Shown: one piece after another, positions 28,302 through 42,112 of the stretch | Numbering within the stretch: the first letter of the stretch is position 1 | Layout of the letters: each line of letters starts with the position of its first letter | Source: an uncultured delta proteobacterium | GTDB taxonomy: Bacteria > Myxococcota_A > Polyangia > Polyangiales > Polyangiaceae | Length of the DNA stretch: 64,000 nt | NCBI GenBank assembly: GCA_963841435.1 | Contig: CAWJCS010000006.1 | Span: 768,001 to 832,000 of the forward strand | Reading direction: 5' to 3' | Position numbers and translations under genes: made by a program | Notes under the pieces: model-generated | The model's database searches: none | Told to the model about the DNA's origin: nothing | Seen by the model: the letters and a program-made list of their open reading frames with translations, nothing else

Positions 28302-30848
28302 ATGATCAAACCAATCCGCGCCAGCCACCCGCTCTACGGCCTCTTGCCGACGGAGATCGACGGCTTCGATTCCCTGGCGGAGCTCGCGCTGGACATGTGT
28401 TGGTCGTGGAATCACGCCACCGACCAGGTCTGGCGTCAGCTCGATCCCGGGCTGTGGGAAATCACGCACAACCCCTGGGTCGTCCTGCAAACCGTGTCGC
28501 GCGACCGCATCGAGCGGGTATTGGCCGATCCCGTCTTTCGCAAGGATGTCGATCGCCTGCTGCAAACCAGGCAGCGAGTGGAGGAGGCGCCAGCCTGGTT
28601 CCAGCGAGCGCACTCGACCGCGCCCCTGACCTCAGTCGCGTATTTCAGCATGGAGTTCATGTTGAGCGAAGCCTTGCCCATCTATTCGGGTGGGCTCGGC
28701 AACGTGGCCGGCGATCAGCTCAAGGCCACGAGCGACCTGGGCGTGCCCGTGGTCGGCGTGGGGCTCTTGTACCAGCAGGGCTATTTCCGCCAGGTGATCG
28801 ACAAGGACGGAGCGCAAGAGGCCCTCTTCCCTCACAACGACCCCGGGCAGCTGCCCATCACTCCCGTTCGCCAGGCCAACGGCGGGTGGTTGCGGTTGGA
28901 GATCGCTCTGCCCGGCTACTCGGTCTGGCTGCGCGCTTGGCAGGTTCGCGTCGGCAGAGTGAGGCTGTACCTTCTGGACAGCAACGATGCGGCAAACGTC
29001 CCCATTCACCGAGGCATCACCAGCGAGCTCTACGGCGGCGGGCCGGAGCTGCGGCTCAAGCAAGAGCTCCTGCTCGGGATCGGAGGATGGCGCCTCCTCG
29101 TTTCGCTAGGGCTGAAGCCGGAGGTGTGCCACCTGAACGAGGGACATGCGGCATTCGCCGTGCTCGAGCGCGCTCGTAGCTTCATGCAAGAGACCGAGCA
29201 ACCCTTCGAAGTCGCGCTGGCCGTCACCCGAGCCGGAAACCTTTTCACGACGCATACGGCAGTGGCCGCGGGCTTCGACCGGTTCGCGCCCGAGCTCGTC
29301 GAGCACTACCTGGGTCGGTACGCGCAAGAGAAACTGGGCATTTCAGTCGAGGCGCTGTTGGCGCTGGGCCGCGCGAACCCGAACGATTCGTCGGAGCCCT
29401 TCAACATGGCGTACCTCGCGGTTCGTGGAAGCGGGGCGGTCAACGGCGTGAGCCGCCTGCACGGGAAGGTGAGCCGCCGCCTCTTCGAGCCGCTCTTCCC
29501 TCACTGGCCGGAAGACGACGTGCCCGTCGGACACGTGACGAACGGGGTTCACATGCCGACGTGGGACTCCGCCGCGGCCGATGACCTCTGGACCGAGGGC
29601 TGCGGCAAGGACCGCTGGCTCGGCACGGCGACCAACCTGGAGAGAAGCATTCGCCGGATATCGGACGCGAAGCTCTGGCACCTGCGCACCGACGCCAGCG
29701 CGGCTCTCGTCGAATACGTCCGCGGCCGCCTGTCGCGACAACTGATCGTTTCGGGAGCGACCGCGGACGAGGTGGAAACGGCGAAACATCTCTTCGACCC
29801 CCGAGCACTCACGCTCGGCTTTGCGCGACGCTTCGCCAGCTACAAGAGACCGAACCTCGTCTTGTACGATCCAGCGCGCTTGCTCCGCCTCCTGACCAAT
29901 CCGGAACGGCCGGTGCAGCTCGTCATCGCCGGCAAGGCCCACCCCGAAGACCGGGCGGGGAAGGCCCTGATCCAGGAATGGATACGCTTCATCCGCCGGC
30001 CCGAGACCCGCCCCCACGTCGCTTTTCTGAGCGACTACGACGTCATGCTCGCGGAGAGACTCGTGCAGGGTGCGGACGTTCGGATCAACACCCCGAGGCG
30101 ACCTTGGGAGGCGAGCGGGACGAGCGGCATGAAGGTGCTGGTCAACGGTGGCATCAATCTGTCGGAGTTGGACGGCTGGTGGGCGGAAGCCTACACGCCC
30201 GAGGTCGGCTGGGCGCTCGGGGACGGTCTGGAGCACGGTGACGATCCGGCGTGGGACGCCGTCGAGGCCAACGCGCTTTACGACCTGCTCGAGCGCGAAG
30301 TGATCCCCGAGTTTTACGCTCGAGACGCGGACGGCATCCCCACCGCTTGGGTGAAGAGGATGCGGACCAGCATGGCGGAGCTGACTCCGCGCTTCTCCGC
30401 CGACCGGGCGGTGCGCGAATACACCGAGCAATACTATCTCCCGGCTGCCGCCCGATACCGGGAACGCGCGGCGAACCAGGGCGCCGGAGGCAAGCGGCTC
30501 TTGGACTGGCAGCGCGCCGTGGATCGAGATTTTGGCTCGCTCCGCTTCGGAGAAGTGCGTGTCCAGGCCGGCTCAGCCGAGCTCGTATTCGAGGTTGATG
30601 TCTTTGCGAACGCCCTGGACCCGAGCGCGCTCCGGGTCGAGCTCTACGCAGACGGCATCAGCGGTGGAGCGCCGGTGCGGGAGCCCATGACGTGCGAAAG
30701 CCCGCCGCGTGACGCGTCCCGCGCTTGCGTCTATCGCGCAACGGTACCCGCTACACGACCGGCGCGGGACTACACGCCGCGGGTGATCCCCGGCCGCTCC
30801 GGTCTGGCGGTGCCGCTGGAGTCGGCTCGTATCCTGTGGCAGCGATGA
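28302..30848 (+). CDS. glgP: Alpha-glucan (glycogen) phosphorylase
   Basis: 'AYFSMEF..YSGGLG', 'HLNEGH', 'FARRFASYKR' and PLP-lysine motif 'EASGTSGMK'. Confidence 0.96.
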   Translation: MIKPIRASHPLYGLLPTEIDGFDSLAELALDMCWSWNHATDQVWRQLDPGLWEITHNPWVVLQTVSRDRIERVLADPVFRKDVDRLLQTRQRVEEAPAWFQRAHSTAPLTSVAYFSMEFMLSEALPIYSGGLGNVAGDQLKATSDLGVPVVGVGLLYQQGYFRQVIDKDGAQEALFPHNDPGQLPITPVRQANGGWLRLEIALPGYSVWLRAWQVRVGRVRLYLLDSNDAANVPIHRGITSELYGGGPELRLKQELLLGIGGWRLLVSLGLKPEVCHLNEGHAAFAVLERARSFMQETEQPFEVALAVTRAGNLFTTHTAVAAGFDRFAPELVEHYLGRYAQEKLGISVEALLALGRANPNDSSEPFNMAYLAVRGSGAVNGVSRLHGKVSRRLFEPLFPHWPEDDVPVGHVTNGVHMPTWDSAAADDLWTEGCGKDRWLGTATNLERSIRRISDAKLWHLRTDASAALVEYVRGRLSRQLIVSGATADEVETAKHLFDPRALTLGFARRFASYKRPNLVLYDPARLLRLLTNPERPVQLVIAGKAHPEDRAGKALIQEWIRFIRRPETRPHVAFLSDYDVMLAERLVQGADVRINTPRRPWEASGTSGMKVLVNGGINLSELDGWWAEAYTPEVGWALGDGLEHGDDPAWDAVEANALYDLLEREVIPEFYARDADGIPTAWVKRMRTSMAELTPRFSADRAVREYTEQYYLPAAARYRERAANQGAGGKRLLDWQRAVDRDFGSLRFGEVRVQAGSAELVFEVDVFANALDPSALRVELYADGISGGAPVREPMTCESPPRDASRACVYRATVPATRPARDYTPRVIPGRSGLAVPLESARILWQR

Positions 30849-30921
30849 CGAAGACTCCGAGCGTCATCCTGCCGGCCTGGAGATCGAAGGCTCGAAGCTC
30901 GGAGCCACCGTGGGAGCTCCC

Positions 30922-31560
30922 ATGAAACGAGCCGTTCCGATCACGACGCTGTTCCTCGACATCGGCGGGGTCTTGCTCACCAACGGGTGGGATCATCATG
31001 CGCGCAGGCGGGCGGCGCGGGCCTTCGAGCTCGAGTGGGGCGAGATGGAGGAGCGCCATCAGCTGACCTTCGACACCTACGAGGAAGGCAGGCTCTCGCT
31101 GGAGGGATACTTGGGTCATGTGGTCTTCTACCAAAAGCGCTCGTTCACGCGGCTTCAGTTTCGACGCTTCATGTTCCTGCAGTCGCAGCCACACCCGGAG
31201 ATGATCGAGCTCGTCCGGGAGCTCAAGGCCCGGTACGGCCTCAAGATCGCCGTGGTCAGCAATGAAGGGCGTGAGCTGAACGAGTATCGGATTCGAAAGT
31301 TCAAGCTCGACGAGCTCGTCAACCTCTTCATCTCGTCTTGTTTCGTCCGTGTTCGCAAGCCGGATGCGGACATCTTTCGGCTGGCGCTGGACATCAGCCA
31401 AGCGCGTGCCGAAGAGGTCCTGTACATCGAGGACACCGCGATGTTTGTCCGAATCGCGGAGGGTTTGGGCATTCGCGGCATTCGGCACACGGACTACGCG
31501 TCCACGACAGGCGTGCTGGATTCCCTCGGATTTCGTGAGCACCCGAAGGGCGCGTCATGA
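30922..31560 (+). CDS. HAD-superfamily phosphatase
   Basis: 'FLDIGGVL', 'VSNE', 'RKPD..IF' and 'YIED'. Confidence 0.9.
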   Translation: MKRAVPITTLFLDIGGVLLTNGWDHHARRRAARAFELEWGEMEERHQLTFDTYEEGRLSLEGYLGHVVFYQKRSFTRLQFRRFMFLQSQPHPEMIELVRELKARYGLKIAVVSNEGRELNEYRIRKFKLDELVNLFISSCFVRVRKPDADIFRLALDISQARAEEVLYIEDTAMFVRIAEGLGIRGIRHTDYASTTGVLDSLGFREHPKGAS

Positions 31561-32774
31561 AGCCGGGCGCTCCGCAGATCCTGACGATCAACGGCGGCTC
31601 GTCGAGCATCAAGTTCGCGCTGTTCGAGGCGGGCGCGTCATTGCGGCGAACGCTGGGTGGCTCGCTCGAGCGAATTGGAGCGCCCGAGGCCAGCTTGCAG
31701 GTGAAAGGCACGAACGAGGCGGCCATCGCTACGCATGCGGTCACGGCGCCGGATCACACTGCGGCCGTGGGCGTGCTGATGGACTGGCTCGAGGAGCACA
31801 TCGGACGGAGTGCGCTGACCGCCGTGGGCCACCGCGTGGTGCACGGCGGACCGAAATACAGCGAGCCTGCGCGCGTCACCCCGGGCATGCTCGCGGAGCT
31901 CCGTCGACTGAGTCCCTTCGACCCCGAGCATCTACCCGAGGAGATCCTGCTCGCCGAGGCGTTTCAGCGCCGATTTCCGAAGCTACCTCAGGTCGCATGC
32001 TTCGACACGGCGTTCCACCACGACCTGCCGCGCGTGGCTCGGCTGTTGCCGATCCCGCGCCGCTACGAAGCGCAAGGGGTGCGGCGCTACGGTTTTCACG
32101 GTCTGTCGTACGCGTTTCTGATGGCGGAGCTGGTGCGGCTCGGCGATCCCGTGGCGACCCGCGGTCGCGCCATCCTCGCGCACCTCGGCAACGGAGCGAG
32201 CATGACGGCCGTGCGTGACGGCAAGAGCGTCGACACCAGCATGGGCTTCACTCCGACCAGCGGACTGGTGATGAGCACCCGCACGGGCGACCTGGATCCG
32301 GGTCTCGTCTACTACCTGGCGCGCACCGAGGACATGACCGCCAAGCGATTTCAGCAGATGATCAACCACGAGTCCGGGCTAGTCGGTGTGTCGGAATCGA
32401 GCTCCGACATGCGTGATCTGCTCGCACGCGAAGCCGGGGACGTACGGGCGGCGGAGGCCGTAGCGCTGTTTTGCTATCATGCGAAAAAGTGGGTCGGCTC
32501 GTTCGCAGCCGCGCTCGGCGGTCTGGACACGCTGGTCTTCACCGGCGGCATTGGTGAAAATGCGCCGGCGGTGCGTGCGCGCATCTGCGAGGGACTCGGG
32601 TTCCTCGGCATCGACCTCGACGAGGCGCGCAACGCGGACAACGCCGGGGTGATTTCCGCGGCATCGAGTCGAGCCACGGTTCGCGTCATCCCCACCGACG
32701 AAGAGCTGATGATTGCGCGTTCGGTTGCAGAGCTATTGCATGGCGCTTCTGGCCAACCAGAGGACAGCGCATGA
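31557..32774 (+). CDS. ackA: Acetate/propionate kinase
   Basis: 'INGGSSSIK', 'GHRVVHGG', 'FDTAFH', 'YGFHGLS', 'HLGNGAS' and 'FTGGIGEN'. Confidence 0.95.
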   Translation: MKPGAPQILTINGGSSSIKFALFEAGASLRRTLGGSLERIGAPEASLQVKGTNEAAIATHAVTAPDHTAAVGVLMDWLEEHIGRSALTAVGHRVVHGGPKYSEPARVTPGMLAELRRLSPFDPEHLPEEILLAEAFQRRFPKLPQVACFDTAFHHDLPRVARLLPIPRRYEAQGVRRYGFHGLSYAFLMAELVRLGDPVATRGRAILAHLGNGASMTAVRDGKSVDTSMGFTPTSGLVMSTRTGDLDPGLVYYLARTEDMTAKRFQQMINHESGLVGVSESSSDMRDLLAREAGDVRAAEAVALFCYHAKKWVGSFAAALGGLDTLVFTGGIGENAPAVRARICEGLGFLGIDLDEARNADNAGVISAASSRATVRVIPTDEELMIARSVAELLHGASGQPEDSA

Positions 32775-33688
32775 GCATTGAAGCACCGCGTCGGCTCGAC
32801 GAGCCAATCCAGCCCGACCACGGGGTCCGCAGAGCCTCGAGGGTACTTGCTCTGGCGGTGAAAAAGTTCGTGAAAATCGACGGCTCGCAGTCGGCCGCGG
32901 CGTTCGCTCACAACGCATTCTTCTCGTTGTTCCCGCTGATCGTCGTGCTCGTCGCCATTGCCTCCGTCTTCGTCGATCGAGACCTGGCCGGGCGGAAGGT
33001 CGTCGCGTACGTCGAAGCCTACGTTCCGCTCGACGGTGGCATGAGGCGTCACGTCTTCGACACCATCAGCGGGGTAATCGAAGCGCGCCAGCAGGCCGGT
33101 GGTTTCGCGGCGCTGATGCTGGTTTGGACGGCCACGCAATTCTTGACGACGCTGATCAGCGCTACCAACCGAGCTTGGGGGGCCGAGGCGTACAATTGGT
33201 GGCGGCTGCCGCTGAAGAGCCTGGCCCTGTTGGCCACGCTGCTCGGCGCGGCTCTGCTCGGCGGCGGGCTGCCCATGCTGGCAACCGTTGCGAAGGACTG
33301 GCTGCTTCCGGCGCGAGAGTTCGGCCCCTGGGTCTACGCGCTGGGGCGCTTCGTCATCCCGGTGTTGGTGGCCTTTCTCAGCTTGAGCCTCTTTTACAGA
33401 ATGGCTCCGAGCCGTCCCACGCGCATGGATCAAGTATGGGTGGGGGCCCTCTGCGCGACGTTCCTGTTGCAGGTGGGCGCAACCCTGTTCCTGATTTACT
33501 TGCAGCGTTTTGCCACGCTCAACGCGGTCTATGGAGCACTGGGTGGGATCATGGCCCTGCTGTTGTGGGTCTACCTGTCCGGCTGCATCTTCATCTTCGG
33601 CGCGTGCCTGTGCGCCGCTCAGGCTGAAGCGCGTTCCATGCCGTTGGGCCGCGCCGTGGCGTTGAACCAAGGGACCATCGAGGCATGA
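32771..33688 (+). CDS. YihY/virulence factor BrkB family membrane protein
   Basis: '[13 protein letters not shown]' and '[24 protein letters not shown]'. Confidence 0.9.
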   Translation: MSIEAPRRLDEPIQPDHGVRRASRVLALAVKKFVKIDGSQSAAAFAHNAFFSLFPLIVVLVAIASVFVDRDLAGRKVVAYVEAYVPLDGGMRRHVFDTISGVIEARQQAGGFAALMLVWTATQFLTTLISATNRAWGAEAYNWWRLPLKSLALLATLLGAALLGGGLPMLATVAKDWLLPAREFGPWVYALGRFVIPVLVAFLSLSLFYRMAPSRPTRMDQVWVGALCATFLLQVGATLFLIYLQRFATLNAVYGALGGIMALLLWVYLSGCIFIFGACLCAAQAEARSMPLGRAVALNQGTIEA

Positions 33689-36051
33689 CAAGCACCATTT
33701 CCAAGGACTTGCTCGAAAAGATGGACGCGTACTTTCGCGCCGCCAACTACCTGTCGGTCGGCCAGATCTACCTCTACGACAATCCGCTCCTGAAGCGCCC
33801 GCTGGCAGTCGCCGACGTGAAGCACATGCTGCTCGGCCACTGGGGTACCACCCCCGGACAGAACTTCATCTACGTGCACCTGAACCGTATCATCAAGCAA
33901 TACGACCTCGACATGATCTACGTCTCCGGCCCCGGACACGGCGGGCCGGCGGTCGTCGCCAACACCTACCTCGAGGGGACCTACAGCGAGATCTATCCCG
34001 ACATCAGCCAGGACGAGGCCGGTCTAAGAAAGCTCTTTCTCCAGTTCTCCTTCCCCGGCGGCATTCCGAGCCACGCCTCGCCCGAGTGTCCGGGCTCGAT
34101 CCACGAGGGCGGCGAGCTTGGCTATTCCCTGAGCCATTCGTTCGGGGCCGTGTTCGACAATCCAAAGCTCGTGGTTGCCTGCGTCGTGGGCGACGGCGAG
34201 GCGGAGACCGGGCCGCTGGCGACCGCCTGGCATTCGAACAAATTCCTCGACCCCGTCACGGACGGCGCCGTGCTGCCGATCTTGCACCTCAACGGCTACA
34301 AGATCGCCAACCCCACCATTCTCGCGCGCATCACGCGCGAGGAGCTGGCGCAGCTCCTCCGCGGCTATGGCTGGGCTCCGCTGTTCGTCGAGGGCCACGA
34401 GCCCGCCCTGATGCACGAGGCGATGGCCACGGCGCTGGATAGGGCAGTCGAGCAGATCAAGAAGATCCAGGAGGACGCCCGCGTTCACGGGAAGTTCGTG
34501 CGGCCGCGTTGGCCGATGATTGTCCTCGCCTCACCCAAGGGGTGGACGGGCCCCAAGGTCGTCGATGGTTTGCAGATTGAAGGCACTTTTCGCGCGCACC
34601 AAGTGCCGTTGTCCAACCCGGCGACTCATCCCGAGCACCTCGAGCTCTTGGAGGATTGGCTGCGGAGCTACCGGCCCGAGGAGTTGTTCGACGACGAGGG
34701 CCGTCTGCACGCCGAGCTCGCCGAGCTGGCGCCGAAAGGCGAGCGACGCATGGGCGCGAATCCGCATGCCAACGGCGGCATGCTGCTGCGCGACCTCAGA
34801 ATGCCAGACTTCCGGGAGTACGCGGCAGACGTTCCGTCGCCGGGCGTCCGCGGTATCGGCGACACGCACGTCCTCGGACCGTTCCTGCGCGACGTGGCGA
34901 AGCTCAATCAATCGCAGCGAAACTTCCGCGTCTTCGGCCCTGACGAGACGCTCTCGAACGGCCTCGAAGCCCTGTTCCAAGTCACCGAGCGCCAATGGGA
35001 CGCCGCGACGCTGCCAAATGACGAGTTTCTCGCCCCCGCGGGCCGCGTGATGGAGATGCTCAGCGAGCACCAGTGCGAGGGGTGGCTCGAGGGCTACCTG
35101 CTCACGGGGCGGCACGGCATCTTCAACTGCTACGAGGCGTTCATCCACATCGTCGACTCGATGTTCAACCAGCACGCCAAGTGGTTGAAGGTGACGGCGC
35201 ACCTGCCGTGGCGCCGCAAGATCGCGTCGTTGAACTACCTGCTCGCCTCCCACGTCTGGCGCCAAGATCACAACGGCTTCACCCACCAAGATCCCGGCTT
35301 CATCGACCACGTCGTGAACAAGAAGGCCGAGGTGGTGCGTGTCTACCTTCCTCCAGACGCGAACTGCCTGCTCTCGGTGATGGACCATTGCCTGCGCAGC
35401 CGCCACTACGTCAACGTCGTGATCGCGGGCAAGCACCCGGCCCCGCAGTGGCTCACGATGGATGCCGCCGTCAAGCACTGCACGGAAGGCATCGGCATCT
35501 GGCAGTGGGCCAGTAACGACCAGAACGTCGCGCCCGACGTGGTCATGGCCTGCGCGGGCGACGTCCCCACGCTGGAGACACTCGCGGCCGTGTCCATCCT
35601 GCGCGAGCATTTGCCCGAGCTCAGGATTCGCGTGGTCAACGTGGTCGACCTCATGCGCCTTCAGCCGCAAAGCGAGCATCCACACGGGCTCTCCGACCAG
35701 GATTTCGACGAGCTCTTCACCAAGGACAAGCCCGTCATCTTCGCCTTCCACGCCTACCCTTGGTTGATCCACCGGCTCACGTACCGCCGTACCAATCACG
35801 CCAACATTCACGTTCGCGGCTACAAGGAAGAGGGCACCATCACCACGCCGTTCGACATGCCGGTGCTGAACGAGCTCGACCGCTTCCACCTCGTGATGGA
35901 CGCCGTCGACCGCCTACCGCGGACCGGTGACCGCGGCGTCTACTTGAAGCAGCAGCTCAAGGACAAGCTCATGGAGCACAAGCTCTACATCGACGAGCAC
36001 GGCCAAGACCTGCCTGAGGTCCGGAATTGGAAGTGGGAGGCTTCAAGATGA
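33685..36051 (+). CDS. xfp: Xylulose-5-P/fructose-6-P phosphoketolase
   Basis: 'GHWGTTPG', 'HEGGELGY', '[16 protein letters not shown]' and '[12 protein letters not shown]'. Confidence 0.97.
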   Translation: MTSTISKDLLEKMDAYFRAANYLSVGQIYLYDNPLLKRPLAVADVKHMLLGHWGTTPGQNFIYVHLNRIIKQYDLDMIYVSGPGHGGPAVVANTYLEGTYSEIYPDISQDEAGLRKLFLQFSFPGGIPSHASPECPGSIHEGGELGYSLSHSFGAVFDNPKLVVACVVGDGEAETGPLATAWHSNKFLDPVTDGAVLPILHLNGYKIANPTILARITREELAQLLRGYGWAPLFVEGHEPALMHEAMATALDRAVEQIKKIQEDARVHGKFVRPRWPMIVLASPKGWTGPKVVDGLQIEGTFRAHQVPLSNPATHPEHLELLEDWLRSYRPEELFDDEGRLHAELAELAPKGERRMGANPHANGGMLLRDLRMPDFREYAADVPSPGVRGIGDTHVLGPFLRDVAKLNQSQRNFRVFGPDETLSNGLEALFQVTERQWDAATLPNDEFLAPAGRVMEMLSEHQCEGWLEGYLLTGRHGIFNCYEAFIHIVDSMFNQHAKWLKVTAHLPWRRKIASLNYLLASHVWRQDHNGFTHQDPGFIDHVVNKKAEVVRVYLPPDANCLLSVMDHCLRSRHYVNVVIAGKHPAPQWLTMDAAVKHCTEGIGIWQWASNDQNVAPDVVMACAGDVPTLETLAAVSILREHLPELRIRVVNVVDLMRLQPQSEHPHGLSDQDFDELFTKDKPVIFAFHAYPWLIHRLTYRRTNHANIHVRGYKEEGTITTPFDMPVLNELDRFHLVMDAVDRLPRTGDRGVYLKQQLKDKLMEHKLYIDEHGQDLPEVRNWKWEASR

Positions 36052-38042
<1,991 letters not shown>

Positions 38043-38050
<8 letters not shown>

Positions 38051-38381
38051 AGATTCCGGCCAGGAACCCACGACCGGTGGGCAGGGCTTCGCCGAACAGG
38101 TCGGCGCGAAGGCCGCGCGCAAGCTCAACGCGAGGCGCCATCCCGCGCCAGGTGTCTGGTTCGGCCTGGGCATGATGGGTCTCGTGGGCTGGTCGGTAGC
38201 GGTGCCGACGCTGCTCGGGGCCGCACTCGGCTTTTGGTTGGACGAGCGGCATCCTGGGAAGCACGCGTGGACGCTCGCGCTGCTCGTGGTCGGGCTCGCG
38301 ATCGGTTGTTTGAATGCATGGCGCTGGGTGAGCAAGGAAGACCGCGCCATGCGCCAAGAAGAGGAAGATGGCGATGAATGA
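38043..38381 (+). CDS. atpQ: N-ATPase AtpQ (AtpZ/AtpI-like)
   Basis: 'VWFGLGMMGLVGWSVAVPTLLG..G.WLD..GCLNAW.W'. Confidence 0.85.
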
Positions 38382-38697
38382 AATGCTGACACTGACGCTT
38401 TCGTGGCTGGCCGGCGGCGCGCTCGGCGCAGGCTTCTTCGGCGGTCTTTGGTGGACCGTTCAGAGGAGCGTTCGGTCCAGACGGCCGGAGCTCTGGGTTC
38501 TCGGCAGTCTGCTGGGGCGGATGAGCCTCATGCTGGTCGGATTGTATTTCGTATCGGGCCGCGACTGGAGGCGGCTCCTCTCGTGTCTCTTGGGAGTGCT
38601 GATGGCCCGCGTCGTCGTCACTTGGGTGACGCGTAGAGGCAGCGAGAGCCGCGCCCCAGAGCTCCCGGAGGCCGGTCATGCGCCTTACTCCCGATGA
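38374..38697 (+). CDS. atpR: N-ATPase AtpR subunit
   Basis: 'G.LG..FFGGLWWTV..SLLGRM', in the canonical operon position. Confidence 0.85.
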   Translation: MNEMLTLTLSWLAGGALGAGFFGGLWWTVQRSVRSRRPELWVLGSLLGRMSLMLVGLYFVSGRDWRRLLSCLLGVLMARVVVTWVTRRGSESRAPELPEAGHAPYSR

Positions 38698-39367
38698 GCT
38701 CGTCTTCTGGCAACACGGGTTCATCAAGCTCAACGCGACGATCGTGTTCACGTGGGGGCTGATGCTCGTATTGACCGTCGGCTCCAAGCTCGTCACGCGA
38801 AAGCTCTCCGTCGATCTCGAGCGTTCCCGCTGGCAGAACTTCTTGGAGATCGTCGTCACCGGCATCGAGAAGCAGATCGCAGACGTCGGCCTTCCCAACC
38901 CGGAGAAGTACATCGGCTATTTGGGCACGCTCTTCCTGTTCGTCGCCACGGCGAGCATCTTCACCGTGATTCCGGGCTACGAGCCGCCGACCGCCTCGCT
39001 GTCGACCACGCTCGCGCTCGCGCTGTCCGTGTTCGTGGCCGTGCCGCTTTTCGGCATCGAGGATCAGGGTTTCGTCGGCTATTTCAAGTCCTACGCGGAG
39101 CCGACCGTGATCATGTTGCCGTTCAACGTCATCAGCGAGCTTTCACGCACGCTGGCGCTGGCCGTCCGCCTGTTCGGAAACATGATGAGTGGGGCCATGA
39201 TCATCGGCATCCTCCTCACCATCACGCCGTTCGTCTTTCCCATCGTCATGACGGCGCTTGGTCTTTTGACGGGCATGGTTCAGGCCTACATCTTCAGCAT
39301 CCTGGCGGCGGTCTACATCGCCGCCGCCCTGCGCAGTCGCAAGCCCACGCCGGCTCCGACGACCTGA
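38678..39367 (+). CDS. atpB: N-type ATPase subunit a
   Basis: 'SRTLALAVRLFGNM' and 'QAYIFSILA'. Confidence 0.95.
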   Translation: MRLTPDELVFWQHGFIKLNATIVFTWGLMLVLTVGSKLVTRKLSVDLERSRWQNFLEIVVTGIEKQIADVGLPNPEKYIGYLGTLFLFVATASIFTVIPGYEPPTASLSTTLALALSVFVAVPLFGIEDQGFVGYFKSYAEPTVIMLPFNVISELSRTLALAVRLFGNMMSGAMIIGILLTITPFVFPIVMTALGLLTGMVQAYIFSILAAVYIAAALRSRKPTPAPTT

Positions 39368-39397
39368 GATGACAATGAACCCAGCGAAGGACCCACC

Positions 39398-39679
39398 ATG
39401 GACAGCATGACAATGATAGCAGTCGCATCGATCTTCACCGCAGGCCTCACGATCGCCGTTGGCTGCATGATGCCCGCGTTCGGTGAAGGGCGCTCCGTCG
39501 CGACGGCGCTCAGCGCGCTGGCGCAGCAGCCGGACGCCTCCGCGACCATCACTCGCACTCTGTTCGTCGGTCTGGCGATGATCGAGTCGATGGCCATCTA
39601 CTGCTTCGTCGTCTCGATGATTCTCATTTTCGCCAATCCGTTCTGGAATCACGTCATCGCTCAAGCCGCGGGGAAGTAA
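39398..39679 (+). CDS. atpE: N-type ATPase subunit c
   Basis: 'PAFGEG..AQQPDA..LAMIESMAIY', with two membrane Glu residues. Confidence 0.95.
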   Translation: MDSMTMIAVASIFTAGLTIAVGCMMPAFGEGRSVATALSALAQQPDASATITRTLFVGLAMIESMAIYCFVVSMILIFANPFWNHVIAQAAGK

Positions 39680-39680
39680 C

Positions 39681-40529
39681 GTGCTCATCGATTGGTTCAC
39701 GGTCGGCGCGCAGGCGCTCAACTTCGTCATCTTGGTGTGGCTGCTCCGGCGCTTCCTGTACAAGCCAATCGTCCTCGCCATCGACGCGCGAGAGAAGCGG
39801 ATCGCCCAGGAGCTCGCGGACGCCGGTGCGAAGCAGGCCGATGCAAAAAAGGAGCGCGAGGAGTTCCAGCACAAGAACGAGGAGCTCGACCGGCAGCGCG
39901 CAGAGCTCCTGAGCCGGGCGAAGGACGAGGCCAACGTCGAACGTCACCGGCTGATCGACGAAGCGCGCCAAGCGGCTGACGCCTTGAGCAAGAAGCGAAA
40001 GGAAGCGCTGAAGAACGACGCCCGGAACCTGAACCAAACCATCGGTCGCCGCGCCCAAGAGGAAGTGTTCGCCATCGCGCGAAAGGCGCTGACCGACCTC
40101 GCCACGACGAGCTTGGAGGAACGCATGGGCGAGGTGTTCACCCGCCGCCTGCGGAGCATGGACGACCCGGCGAAGGCGCGCCTCGCCCAGGCCCTCGACG
40201 CGGGGACCGAGCCGGCACTCGTGCGCAGTGCCTTCGACCTGCCCGCGGAGCAGCGCGCCGCGATACAGAAAGCTCTCAATGAAACCCTCTCTATGGCAGC
40301 CCGCATTCGGTTCGACACCGCTCCTGAGCTCATCAGTGGCATCGAGCTCGCGGCCAATGGGCAGAAGGTCGCTTGGTCCGTCGCGGACTACCTCGTGTCG
40401 CTCGAGAAGGGTGTCGCCGAGCTGCTCAATGAGCAGGACCGACCTGAGCCCAAGGCCGACCCCAAACCCGAAGCCAAGGCCGAGCCCAAACCCGACGCCA
40501 AGGCGGAGCCCGCCTCCAAGAGCCCATGA
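39681..40529 (+). CDS. atpF: N-type ATPase subunit b (long, with delta-like C-terminus)
   Basis: '[25 protein letters not shown]' and 'LISGIEL..QKVAWS..YL'. Confidence 0.93.
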   Translation: MLIDWFTVGAQALNFVILVWLLRRFLYKPIVLAIDAREKRIAQELADAGAKQADAKKEREEFQHKNEELDRQRAELLSRAKDEANVERHRLIDEARQAADALSKKRKEALKNDARNLNQTIGRRAQEEVFAIARKALTDLATTSLEERMGEVFTRRLRSMDDPAKARLAQALDAGTEPALVRSAFDLPAEQRAAIQKALNETLSMAARIRFDTAPELISGIELAANGQKVAWSVADYLVSLEKGVAELLNEQDRPEPKADPKPEAKAEPKPDAKAEPASKSP

Positions 40530-42112
40530 GCGCGACGCCGGAAAGCCTGCAGCAAGTGCTGGATGGCGCATTCGCGACCATCGGCCGGGCGCGCGAAGGC
40601 TTCACGCCCGAGCTTACGCCACGTGAAGTGGGCACCATCGCGACGATCTCGACCGGCATCGCAAGAATTTCCGGCCTGCCCAATGTCGGCTTCGAAGAGC
40701 TAGTCGCGTTTGCCGGCGACGTTTTCGGCATCGCGTTCAACGTGGACGAGGACGAAGTCGGCGTCGTGCTGCTCGGTGCATACTGGCATTTGAACGCGGG
40801 GGACGAAGTAGAGCGCACCGGCCGGGTCATGGACGTGGCCGTCGGCGACGAGCTCTTGGGACGCGTCGTCGATCCGCTGGGGCGGCCGCTCGATGGCAGG
40901 GGGCCACTCGTGACGAGCAAGCGGTTGCCGATCGAGCGCCCTGCCGCGCCGATCATGGACCGTGCGCCGGTCACGGTGCCGCTCCAAACCGGCGTGAAAG
41001 TGCTCGATGCGCTCATTCCCATCGGGCGCGGGCAGCGCGAGTTGATCCTAGGCGACCGACAGACGGGCAAGACTGCCATCGCGCTCGACACCATTTTGAA
41101 CCAGCGAGGGCAGGACGTCGTGTGCGTCTATTGCGCCATCGGCCAGCGCGCTGCCGCCGTCGCAAAGGCCGTGGCCGCCCTACGGGAGAAGGGCGCCATG
41201 GACTACAGTGTCGTGGTCGTGACCGAGGGCAACGACCCGCCCGGTCTCGCCTACATTGCCCCCTACGCCGCGACCAGCATGGCGGAGCACTTCATGGAGG
41301 CGGGCCGCGACGTGCTGATCGTTTACGACGACCTCACGCAGCACGCTCGCGCCTACCGCGAGCTTTCGCTCTTGCTCCGCCGACCGCCTGGGCGGGAGGC
41401 GTTCCCGGGTGACATCTTCTACATCCACTCGCGCCTGCTCGAGCGTGCCACTCACCTCCGCCCCGAGCTTGGCAACGGCTCGCTCACCGCGCTGCCCATC
41501 ATCGAGACCGAGGCGCAGAACATCTCTGCGTACATTCCTACCAACCTGATTTCCATCACGGACGGGCAAATCTACCTCTCGCCGTCGCTTTTCGAGCTCG
41601 GGGTGCTGCCGGCGGTCAACGTGGGCAAGTCGGTGTCGCGTGTCGGCGGCAAAGCCCAACGGGCGGCCTATCGAGCGGTAGCGGGGGACCTCAAGCTTGC
41701 CTACGCGCAGTTCGAAGAGCTCGAGACCTTTGCGCGGTTCGGTGCCCGTCTGGATGAACGAACCCGCAAGAGTATCGAGCATGGGCGGCGCATCCGCGCC
41801 TGCTTGAAGCAGCCGGAATCCTCCCCAGTGTCCGTGCCGGCACAGATTGCCGTCCTCTTGGCGTTGAGCGCTGGACTTTTCGACACAGTACCGATCGAGC
41901 AAATGACGCAGGCCGAGCAGGCCGTGCACGAAGCGGCGACGAACCTGCCTGCGGAAGTGCGCGCGCGGTTCGAAACCGCGAAGGAGCTGAACGACGAGGA
42001 CCGCAAGACGATTGTCAACCTCGCCCGCCAAGCGCTCGCGCGCTTCCAGCCCAAGCCCGAAGCAGAAGCCAAGCCCGAAGCAGAAGCCAAGCCGCGGGAA
42101 GAGAAGTCATGA
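40526..42112 (+). CDS. atpA: N-type ATPase subunit alpha
   Basis: 'GDRQTGKT' and '[15 protein letters not shown]'. Confidence 0.97.
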   Translation: MSATPESLQQVLDGAFATIGRAREGFTPELTPREVGTIATISTGIARISGLPNVGFEELVAFAGDVFGIAFNVDEDEVGVVLLGAYWHLNAGDEVERTGRVMDVAVGDELLGRVVDPLGRPLDGRGPLVTSKRLPIERPAAPIMDRAPVTVPLQTGVKVLDALIPIGRGQRELILGDRQTGKTAIALDTILNQRGQDVVCVYCAIGQRAAAVAKAVAALREKGAMDYSVVVVTEGNDPPGLAYIAPYAATSMAEHFMEAGRDVLIVYDDLTQHARAYRELSLLLRRPPGREAFPGDIFYIHSRLLERATHLRPELGNGSLTALPIIETEAQNISAYIPTNLISITDGQIYLSPSLFELGVLPAVNVGKSVSRVGGKAQRAAYRAVAGDLKLAYAQFEELETFARFGARLDERTRKSIEHGRRIRACLKQPESSPVSVPAQIAVLLALSAGLFDTVPIEQMTQAEQAVHEAATNLPAEVRARFETAKELNDEDRKTIVNLARQALARFQPKPEAEAKPEAEAKPREEKS

